Shown one piece after another: positions 44,738-57,209 of a DNA stretch of 64,000 nt. Position 1 is the stretch's first letter. Every line of letters starts with the position of its first letter. The translations under genes and the position numbers were made by a program. The stretch covers positions 1,364,001 to 1,428,000 of the forward strand of contig CM022669.1 in assembly GCA_012295275.1 (NCBI GenBank). Direction: 5' to 3'. The notes beneath the pieces are model-generated. The model did no database searches. It had not been told where the DNA came from and saw nothing but the letters and a program-made list of their open reading frames with translations. The stretch comes from Chrysomallon squamiferum. Its lineage: Eukaryota > Animalia > Mollusca.

Positions 44738-47700
44738 ACCACTATCACTGTAACAGCAATAACAACAACAATAATAATAGTAAAAACAATAAAAAGAATA
44801 ACAATAATAGCAATAAAAATAACAACAGCAACAATATCACTACTACTACTACTATACTACTACTACTACTAATAATAATAATAATACCTGCATTGGTACA
44901 GAGATGTTAGAACTGTGAGTTTCCCCCTCGTCACTCTCTTCCTTGATTTCCACTTTATCCCACCTCTGTGTGAAAAATTAAATATTAAACTGCATTCCAC
45001 AAAACATTACATCTGCTGATGTAAACAATGGGTACTAATACTACGAGATGTAAATAATGGATACCAATATTACAAGATGTAAAGAATGGATACTTACAGT
45101 ACAAGCTATAAAGAATGGATTCTAACAGTAAAGATATAAACACTGGGTACTTACAGTAAAGATATAAACACTGGGTACTTACAGTAAAGATATAAACACT
45201 GGGTACTTACAGTACAAGATGTAAACATTGGGTACTTACAAGATGTAATACCCTGAGTACTTAATGTACAAGATGTAAACTCTGGGTACTTACTGTACAA
45301 GATGTAAGGACTCCATGGCAAGTGTCTGCATGTACATGTTGAGAAAAATCTTTAATTATTTCTGAAGCGGATTGATTCACCCAAACTCTGAAAATATACA
45401 ACTGATAATAAATTAAACTGAAATACAACATTTTAAAGTTTTTTTTATTTTTGTTATAGAGAATATTTTGCTGAAAAAGATAATATTGAATATTTTTGCA
45501 AACTTTGTAATTTTTTATTTCAGGTTTTAGACAGAAAGCTGAAATCAAGAAACACAAAAGTCCTTGTATAACACAAAATGTGAAAATATTGAGATGCATA
45601 ATTTGACATGAAAAAACAACAATAAAAATACACATTAATAAAGTAGCAGACAATTGGTCACTCTCACAATTCTGTAGACGGTTTGCAGTCATTTTCTCTT
45701 TCAGCTTTAGCAAATAATGCAAAACCCTAAATATTATAAATATTCATCATCTTGTTTTACAAAACTCCAAATGATAAATCCTGAGATAATGAACAGATTT
45801 AAGCAAACAACAAGGCACTCTTTAATGTATATTTGAACTGTGAAATGCCAGCCAGCTGAATGTAAAAATGCTGTTGGTGACCATTTTTCAACAGCCAAAA
45901 ATTATTCATGCTGTTGGTGACCATTTTTCAACAGCCAAAAATTATTCATACTGAAAGAGCAAAGAAAGAATTTATTCTCACATTTACTTCATTTAGTTCT
46001 GATTTAATGGAAGAAAATCACAGCTGTAACTGTGTCACAGGGCTCACACCTTTAACTGTCACAGGGCTCACACCTTTAACTGTCACAGGGCTCACACCTT
46101 TAACTGTGTCACAGGGCTCACACCTTTAACTGTCACAGGGCTCACACTTTTAACTGTGTCATGGGGCTCACACCTTTAACTGTGTCACAGGGCTCACACC
46201 TTTAACTGTGTCACAGGGCTCACACCTTTAACTGTGTCACAGGGCTCACACATTTAAACACCTTGGATGTTTTTATTAAGGCTCAGTGTCACAGGGCTCA
46301 ACAACTGTGTCACAGGGCTTTAATGGCCACCCTTTAACTATGTCACAGGGCTCAACAAAACACCTTGGATGTTTTATTAAACGCTAACAAGGGGTATAAA
46401 CGCTAAAATGACAGCAAACTATATAAATCAGTAAGTCTACCTACCAACTACAGAAATAAACAACACCAGTTAAGGTTCATGTTAATTATTTAATTATGAT
46501 ATTCAGGTGACTTGATAATAATACATCATACAATCATAAAACATACGTAATTTTGATTAATGATACTAGAAATGTCAGCTGAGGAACCAAGAGAAAATAA
46601 GAATCTGCACGGAGGACAGATTAAAACATTAAAATGTTATTGACACAGGCACATTACACCATATCAAAATAAGAATAGACAACTGCTTACCATTCTCATC
46701 TGTATAAACAATGTCATTCAAACACATCTGATTTCCCTGCCTGACTGAATTCTCGTCTTGACTGTTTCTTTTGCTCTCGCTTACTTTTCTCTGCTCTGTT
46801 CTGTTCTCTTTTTTAATTACCAAAATGCTAGCCTTTTTATAACAAAGGCATGGATTGAAAAATTAGCCAAAACAAAAACAAGAGCAGATGTGATTGTAGT
46901 AACAATTAAAGTTATGCAATCTGACTTCATAGCTTAAACATAAAAGGAGTGGATCTCTGATTGAAGAAGTGCTTCACTACAGCTTGCTATGATTAGCACA
47001 TTAATTTTTTTCAAGGACTGAAGTAACAAATTTGGTTACACAATCTGAATTCCGTGACCAACTGTTAATTGTGCTGAAATACAAAACTGTCACCAGTTTG
47101 TATTGGTGTTTGCTGCCACCCACGTAAAATGTTTATGAATTGTATTTTATTAGGAAAGGAAGACAGAGAAAGAAATGAGGGACATAAGGAGGAAGTGGGA
47201 GACAAGTATGAGAAGAGAAACAAGGCAAACCTGAAAGCCTGCAGCTTGAAGTTTTCCAGTTTGGTTTTGATGGTTGCCCACTCCTGGGAAACCACTGATC
47301 TGGATGCGTTTCTAGACTTCTTGCTGAAACAGAAAGTTTAATAACTGTTTTTACAAATCTGTCTTCAACTATTTTTATAACATTTCTTTCAATTTAGGGA
47401 TAACAGAATATCGAAAAAAAAAATTAATTAAAAAATGAATTTCCACAAGGCCAGTAGTTTCAAAACAAATAACTGTTTTATTTTGTTTTTATTAATTTAT
47501 TTCATTAATTTAAATTACGCAAAAACCGTTTGTTATAAAATTTATACACACACAATGGATACATTTACTAACAATGTTTGTAAGTTTTTATTTTTATTTA
47601 TATATTTTTATCTTTTTGTCAATGAATGACAAGTGTTTTGAGGTGTGTTTTTAAACTGCAGGTATCTGCTGGTTTTACACCTACAATGATCAGTTTTTTA

Positions 47701-50700
47701 TCAGTTGTCACAAAGTCTTTGTATAGTAAACAATTAAACTATTAAATAAATAAAGTACATATAGTACATATTTAGAATATTTCATGTTTGTTGAAGTAGT
47801 AAAGAGTAATGTCAAGAGTTAAAAAAGCAGTTAGCAGAGATACTATAAATATTTATTTGTCAACAGATCCCATCAAACATGATTTATACAGATAGAACCT
47901 GTCAGATTTTAGTCTCATCTGTTTGATATGGCTTTTCATAAAATCTACTGTCAAGTTTTCAAAATTTAAGTATTTAGATCTATAGAGTCTGAACATGATA
48001 CCTTAGTGCCTCCTGTTTCTTCCACTCTGCAGGTCCCAGGATGCACTGCTGCAGTGAGGGAACAAGTTCAGGTATTGCATAACAAAGACGAGCAACCAGC
48101 AAAATTCTACAAAAAACAAAAACAGTCAAATTTACACTTTTAATTTCCAAATCACTGCTTTTTAAAAACTCTGTGTAGATTTAAGGATAATCTTTTCTTA
48201 TTTCAGATAATTGTTTTCAAAATAAAAAATGTTCCCCATATATACATAACAGACAAAATTTACAAAACATTTTTAATACATGCATGTATGTTTTTATTAT
48301 GCCACCAGATTAATTAAAAATGTTGGTAGAAAGAATTATTTGTTTAGTGAAGATGTTAAAAAGTACTTTAATTTAGTTGTTAAAAATTGTTATTTGATCT
48401 TTACTATTAGTTTTTCATTCTTCTTAGTAATGTTTACTTGATTTTGGTGTTGTTATAATATTTTACTTGTTTGTGATCATGTTAAAATTTTGTATTTGAT
48501 TTTAGTGGTTGTTAATTTTTTTTACTTATTTGTAGTGATGTTAAAATAGTTTACTTGTTTTTTGTAATGTTAAAATATTTTACTTGTTTTTTGTGATGAA
48601 ATTAAAATATTTTACTTGTTTTTTTGTGATGAAATTAAAATATTTTACTTGTTTTTTCATGATGAAGTTAAATTATTTTACTTGTTTTTTGTGATGAAAT
48701 TAAATTATTTTACTTGTTTTTTGTGATGAAATTAAACTATGTTACTTGTTTTTTGTGATGAAGTTGGTGACAGGATCAGGAATTTCATTCAGAGATTTCT
48801 CCCACAACTTGAGCTGCTCACTGAGGTAGTCGAGAATTCTGAAAAACAACAACAACAACACACATTTACAAAAACAATGTTTCAAATTAACAGATACATG
48901 TTACATAAACACTTACACTGGTAATACTTACTCCTGTATGCATTTAGCACAAGAAGTGTGAACGAAAGACAGGATGACTGAAGAATCTGTGTACTTGTTG
49001 AAAGGGCCCTGTGTGTCTGTAGCCTGTATGTAAGTGTTGTTGTCTTGTATCAACACCTTCAGTCGCTCATCTATGTTTTCACATAAACTGAAAATAATTA
49101 GTTTATTAGTTAATAAACACTTTCTGACTCTCACACACTGGGCATACAGTAATTTTACTAATCATTTAGTTGTTCAGGCTAATTTTTTTTTCATTTATAA
49201 GTAATGTAAGGAAAATAACAGAAATTGCCAATCTTCTTGTATCTCAGTATTTTACAGATATATTTTATTAGAAGCTAAGTTTGGTGCCTAGTACTATTAT
49301 TTAATTACAATCATTGTTCACATACATTTCACACAAAACAGGAAAAAATGAAAATTTTTCCTTTCTTCAAAAATATGAAAAACGACAACACTATAAGAAC
49401 ACTTTGATGAAAATTCAAGCATCTGATGGACAAATCTTTCACCTCTGTACTGCTGGAGTGTAAGCCCTGGTTTTCAGCATCAGACCCCCACCATCTGCCA
49501 GTGTTTTGGATGAGGAGGGAATCCAGACTGAGCTTGGTGGAATGTCACCAGGTGTCTCTGTCCACACATACTCTGACACATCTGTCTCATACTGCATAGT
49601 GCTGTAAACATAAAAACACAAGCATTCTTTAACAACAGAAACACAAATATGCAAGTGACAACTACTGTATCGCAACCAAAATGTAAACCAAAATCTGATT
49701 AAGTGTAGAAATGAATAATAATAATAATATTTGTAAGTTACATATTAATCTACAAACAAGAAACTTCTAAGATTTATAGTTAGGAGTGCTGACCTGTCCT
49801 TGACCTCTGACGTCAACTTCATCATCACAGTTGAAATGTTTCTCTTGGTGAACTCTGCTGCTGTGTCAAGCTGATACTGGATCAGTGCCTAGTTATTTTA
49901 TTTATTTATTTATAGTTACATTTATTTATTTATATACAGTTAGATATATTTACTTATTTACAGTTACAAATATTTACTTATTTACAGTTACATTTATATA
50001 TTTATATACAGTTAGATATATTTACTTATTTACAGTTACATATATTTACTTATTTACAGTTACATATATTTACTTATTTATAGTTAAGTATATTTGTTAT
50101 TAGTCAAAACAAAGCACTAGTTTTATTTATTTACAAGTTCGGTTTAAAATATAAATTAAAACATCTTTTTAGAAAAATACACAACAAAAATTATTTCCTG
50201 AGAGCAAATAAAAATAAACATGTCTACCTTCACCCTATCAGTGAAAAGACCTTGTAGAAAATCCAGCCAGATTCTGAGCTGGCCTGTGAGAATTCTGTCA
50301 CAAACCACATCCCACATCTCAGAGTCTTCATTCTGAAACAAAGTTTATTTCTTTGTTTGATCAGACAACAAAGTCTTATTCCTAGTCCACATCATCACAT
50401 ACATCAATTAATGGGCCTTTTCAATAAACATCCTGCAATAAACATCCTGCAATAAACCATCCTGCAATAAACCATCCCATTTTTGAACTATTAAAAACGT
50501 CGTCCCCACATTCCAGAATAACTCACTTATGATCTTTACGTTTAGCTGTAAGAATCCTGGTGAAACATTGTGAAATACATTTGAAAGTGGAAACAGCTCT
50601 ATGAGTTATGTACAATGATATAAGACAAAAAGGGAGTAATTGCATCTAAAACATAAAACAATCATCAGTTTTACCTCTAACTGCATCTGCCAAACTGTGT

Positions 50701-53700
50701 CTCTGATATCAGCAAGTCTTTTCACCGAGTTAACAAAACTGAGCAACTTCCACACCCCACTCTTCACATCCTGTGAACACCTGCATTATACATAAAAATA
50801 ACGTCAGTAATACCATTCTTTAATGTCTGGTCAATACAAAATACCTTGTCATGAACTGCTCGTGTGTTTTCGATGTAATTCGACAGACACACATAATTTA
50901 AAAATATCTTCATTATGTTTATAGGACAACAACAACAACAACAACAACAATAATATTAATAATAATAATAATAATAATATAGATAATGAAAATAACACTA
51001 ACAGTAAAAATAAAATATTTAAAACATCTGACAAGGTGTTATGAAAGAGATGTTAGGTAAACTAAAACTGAGGTGAGCTGCATGAAATAAAAAACTGACG
51101 TTTTAATCCAGTGCTGACAGTTTTCTTGTAAATGTTGTGATGTGATTGTTGACCCAACACCTCTCATTACAGGGTGAAAATCTGAAACAACAACAACACA
51201 CTAACAGTGATACTGATGCTGACAAAAATAATAATAAGAAGAAAAAATTATTTAGAAATAAAAATGTAATCTATATAGTGTCACTTCAGTTTGTAAGACT
51301 ACTTAAATAAATAAATATAAATTCTTCAGAATATAAAAAACATTATTCTTCTTTATCTTAAAAGACAATGTCCTAAAAATGTACATACAAGTTTGAACAA
51401 CTTATTTCAGTAAGTTAGTGAAACAGATTTAATATATTTAAAAGAAAATAAATTTTGCTTTAAATATTGTACCTCTCACTGACTTTGGAAGATATTTTGC
51501 AAAAATTGTTCCATGCAAATCTAGTAGCCCACCTGTAAAATAAATACAACAACTTAACAATGTTCCATTATTCACTGATTACTTCAACAGAGTTTAATAA
51601 TAACTGTACGATTATTTAATTTTTCATACATATATTTTATAAAATAAATAAAACAAATAATATAATTCAATTCCAAATAATTTTAAAACTTCATGTGCTT
51701 AGACCAACCCTAACTTTCAAAGTAATTTTTTACATATTCATAACCTTGACAGCAATTGTAGGAAACCAGGAAAATAATAATTATAAATTTACATTTTAAA
51801 ACAATAATAAATTTTGTTTCTGAATATAAAAATGTTTTGTAATGAAGAGCACTGTGACTGTTTTAGTTACTTACCATCTTTTGATTTGCTTGTGACTTTG
51901 TTCAGTGTCTCGGCCAGCAGATTACATTTACCTGTAAACATTAACATTTCACACTCTTACAGAAGACAGTTAACACTAGTAAATTCACTCTGCACGTCAA
52001 CCTGTGTAAGCATGTGTAGAAACCTGTGTACAACGTATGTCAACTCAGTTTGAAAACTTACAGTAAATAATGTATTTATTTGTCATCTGGATTTACAGAG
52101 AAATATTTTGTTATGAAACTCTACCTGAATCTTGCTATGAGGTGTTGTAAATAATATATTTATTTGTCATGTGGATTCACAGAGAAGTATTTTCTTATGA
52201 AACTCTACCTGTATCTTGTTGTAAGGTGTTGTAAATAATATATTTATTTGTCATGTGGATTCACAGACAAGTATTTTCTTATGAAACTCTACCTGTATCT
52301 TGCTGTGAGGTGTTGTAGAAGACAGCGTGTATCTGGTAGATGGTGTCAGACAACAGCTGTACAACTGTACAGATCTGATCCTTGATGTTACCCTGCTGAT
52401 TTGGGTGGAGTATGGTCTGCAAGGCTTTCTGTTTATTATAAAAACACTTACTGAACAATTCAACTCTCTGCAGGTATGCAGTTGTGTAGGTGTGTAGGTG
52501 TGTATTGTGTTCTTCTGTGAGTGTCTGAGGGTGGATGTGTTTTATTCTGTAAGTGTGTGTGTGTGTGTGTGGTATTTTATATTTATGTATGTTTAATATA
52601 CAGAACATTTGACTACTCACTGTGCGAGCCAGAAGAAATTCATTGAACACCTGTCTTGGAGTGCTGTCTTCCAGCAGCAGAATGGAACACAGGAACTCAG
52701 CAATATTCTGCAATATCAGACAGAAACAAGTAAACAAAACCAACAGGACATAGTGAAATCTGTCAAAAGTAAACTAAAGTAAACTCACCTGATCACTGTG
52801 GCTTCCACTTGTGTCTTGTAGCAAATCTCGACAACCCTAAAAAATTAATTTACTTTTGAAACTTTTGATAAAACTGCATTTTTCTTGTCTTTTTAAGGAA
52901 CATGTTGTAAAATATTAATTATTCTTTTGCCTACTATTACTAAGAAGGTAATTTAATAGAAAGTAATGAAACATTTTTTGACAGTTTTCTGAACAATGCA
53001 AAATAATGTAAACGACCAACAAATATGTATTGATAATAAATTAAATTTATAATTAAAAGAAATCAAACCTGCAGGATGGTGTTTTTAAAATGACTGATGG
53101 CTGCCCACTGCCTGGCTAGAACAGGAAATAGCGTGAGGATGTTGACAAGACGTTGTGAGTCAAGAGTGAGACTTGTGTTGATGTGACGAGCCAGCAGGTA
53201 CAGCTGAGTGGCCGTCAGGTAATCCTGTCTGTCAACACAGCTCCAAATCTGTTCAGAAAATACTTTATAAACTTTATAAAACTACTTTAATTTACTGTCA
53301 GGTAATCCTGTCTGTCAACACAGCTCCAAATCTGTTCAGAAAATACTTTATAAACTTTATAAAACTACTTTAATTACTGTCAGGTAATCCTGTCTGTCAA
53401 CACAGCTCCAAATCTGTTCAGAAAATACTTTATAAACTTTATAAAACTACTTTAATTACTGTCAGGTAATCCTGTCTGTCAACACAGCTCCAGATCTGTT
53501 CAGAAAATACTTTATAAACTTTATAAAACTACTTTAATTACTGTCAGGTAATCCTGTCTGTCAACACAGCTCCAAATCTGTTCAGAAAATACTTTATAAA
53601 CTTTATAAAACTACTTTAATTACTGTCAGGTAATCCTGTCTGTCAACACAGCTCCAAATCTGTTCAGAAAATACTTTATAAACTTTATAAAACTACTTTA

Positions 53701-56700
53701 ATTACTGTCAGGTAATCCTGTCTGTCAACACAGCTCCAGATCTGTTCAGAAAATACTTTATAAAACTACTTTAAGAGATGTGTAGCAAAAATAAAGATTC
53801 ATTATTGAAATTTGATGAAAATAATCACCCTTTTGTTACATTAAAAACTAGTACTAGTTTATTTTTATGACAAATAGTTAAACTAATAATATTTAGATTT
53901 AACTTAACATGAAAAAATAAAATACCTGTTAAAATTAGTATTACAAACCTTTTCTGGCATGTCAAGCAGCAGTTTAATCTGAGCAGCAATTCCATAAAAC
54001 TCACTGTCAGCTTTCTTACTGAAAGTTGAGAAAAACAGTTCAGTAGTTACACATTTTTTCTGTATCTGCTACACATCAGGTTTTCTATATCTGTTACACA
54101 CTGTTTTCTATATATCTGTTACACATCAAGTTTTCTATATGGTTACACATCAAGTTTTCTATATCTGTTAGATATCAAGTTTTCTATTCAGTTAATAAGT
54201 TTGATAAAACTATTACATGTCAAGTTTTCTATACCTGTTACATAAAGTTTTCATTATTTAAACTTTTTGATAATGTTAATGTCACCCTTTCTATACCTAT
54301 TACATGTCAAGTTTTCTATACATGTTACATGTCAAGTTTTCTGTATGTTACATGTCAAGTTTTCTATACCTGTTACATGTCAAGTTTTCTATACCTGTTA
54401 CATGTCAAGTTTTCTATACCTATTACAAAATAAAATACATGTTACAAAGTTTTCTGTATCTGTTAACTGTTTTTTGAATGAAGCATGTCAAGCTTTTTAA
54501 AATTAACATTTGAGATTTGTTCCAACATTTTATTGAAGTGTCAGTGTTATAATATTTAACAAGGGAAATGTGTGAAAATAAAAGTATAATTTCCAAAACA
54601 AAGCCTGAACTAAAAGAACAACTATTCTCTCCATGAAACAGTAATGTGAGTAAATATCACCACAGAAAAACTCATCTGGCCACCTTTCTTTGAGTTGTAA
54701 GTAAAACATCAGAAAGCTATTCCATAAATAAATCCACTCTACATTTTCTTCTTCATACTTAATGTTAATTTACTCTAAATACCAGCAGTTGTTATTAAAT
54801 TTATTAAATAAACTAATTAAATAAAAATACAAAATGATATTTAACCAACTCTTCTAGTGCAATGTAAAAAAAAAAAAAAAAACAAACAAAATGCAATAAG
54901 AAAGATATAATCAAAGCATATTTATTAAACAACTGAAATAAAATGAAAATCAAAAGATGATAAAAATAATGAAATGTTGTCTGACAGAAAAGAGAATGGC
55001 TGTACTTGTAAAATAGTTTTTGATGTTTTGTTTATTAATGCTTTCAAACAAGGACAGATGGAAGTCTGAAATGTTTTATTATATTTCTTTCATATTCTAA
55101 CTGAATTCCTTGTCTGTTTTGTTAGCTATTTGTTTATTTCATAGGAAACAGCTCATTTTTAGTTATATATTTACTTACAGAGATAATAAATACTCACATG
55201 ACTGTGACATCACAGGTGGTTGCTAGACGACAGGATGTACTTCTTCCCTTACAACTCTCACTCATTTGTTTGCACAGCTCTTCCATGTGTCCAATAGACT
55301 TGGTAACCTAGTAATTTTAATTTGAACTTAGATTTACCTGCATCACAACAGGAGATATGTATGTGTACAAAATAATAATTAAAAATAATTTTTAATGTTT
55401 CAACAGAATTAATATAAAAATAAAAATGTAAGAGCAAGACTAAAAGTCAAAATATCAACTCAGGAAGCAGTGAGTAGTTTGTAGGAGAATTATTTTATTA
55501 TTTAACTCCCTAAAACAGACTGAAACAAAGATAATTATTAAGAAAACAAACACTAACATTTTCAGCACTGTTGTTCATGTCTTTGATTGTATCTGCTGCT
55601 TCTATCAGGTCTCTGTATCTCTCCCTAAAATACATTAAAACTGACATTATAATTTTTATTATATAATACTAAAAAATACTTTTTTTACAAACAGAATTGT
55701 TTCTGCAAAAAAAACAGAAAAGAAAAAGGATTGTGAACCTACAGACCCAACACATTTTCCATAATGCTCAACATTACTCAGGTGAGAATACATTTCCAGC
55801 AGCCAATACTGTACAGGTTCACAATCCCTTATCTGAAAAGCTTGGCCCTGGAAGGGTTTCAGATTTTTTCAGATTCTGGAACATAATGATATAACCAGAG
55901 AACAGAGTTAACTCTAAATTCAAATTCCATTTAAATTCCATATGCTGCTTATAGATTATCTGCAGGATTCTTCTATAGTATTTTTTGATAATTTTGTTCA
56001 TGATATAAAGTTCTTGTAAGCTAAACAATCCAGCTGCTCCCAAAACATTTTGGTTTTGGAATTATGAATAAGCTCAACCTGCAGTTAAATAGTCTTTTGA
56101 AGAGAATGTTATAAAATACCAGTAGTAGTGTTTATGCTGAACAGTGGTTGGAATGGGAAATAAAATAATGGAGGATTGCTGTGAAGAAATGACAATGTTC
56201 TACTCACCCAACCATAACTCTGAGATCTTCTTTCTTCTTTTCTATATCAAGCCTTACAAAATAACAATCATTCATTAGTGCAAATACAGTCAAATTATTT
56301 CAAATTGTGTTGTTATTTTTTTGTTTTAAAATATATTTATGGAACTAACATACACAATTGTAGGAATATTATAATGGTGTGCTGGGTATGTACTATGACA
56401 CACTGAAAAATACTGTTAAAACTTGCCTGATCCTTTTCTCTTTCTCTCTGATTTCATTGATAGTTAAATTTTCAAACATTGCATTCATATCCATCTCATC
56501 AACTGGCAAACCTTAAAAATAAATAAAAATATAAAGTTTTTAGCTCTATGGTCTTCCATTTTGTTTTTCAATCATTTTATTGTTAATATAATTTCTAGTT
56601 ACATATAAAGGAGAAGTCTGTACACGCAAAGGAGTGACAGCCACTGGAGTATTCCTGCTCAGTGTAGACTAAGATATATTCCTGTTCAGTATAAACAATA

Positions 56701-57169
56701 TATTATTCCTGTTCAATGAAACCAGTGGATTATTCCTGCTCAGTGTAACCAGTCAATTATTCCTGCTCAGTGTAACAAGTCGATTATTCCTGCTCAGTGT
56801 AACAAGTCGATTATTCCTGATCACTGTAACAAGTCGATTATTCCTGCTCAGTGTAAACACTTTGTTGTTTCCTTTTCTAACTTCTCTTCAGCCACAATGC
56901 ATCTTTTTCCACCCATTTCAAATGCAGGTTTCTTCAAATTATTATTTGAAAAACAACTTTAATAAACCATTAATAACAAACTGGGTTATTGTTAAATTAT
57001 ACATGCACTTACATACATACATAGATATTTTGTTTATACAGTAATTTATGACAGTCAGATATTTGGACTAGCCATTGCATGGATCCAGTGGCAGTATCAA
57101 CTATTATTTTCAGTCTTTAATCAACTTAGGAATCTGACTGTGTCGAGTGTGTTGTTAAATAAAATATTA

Positions 57170-57209
<40 letters not shown>

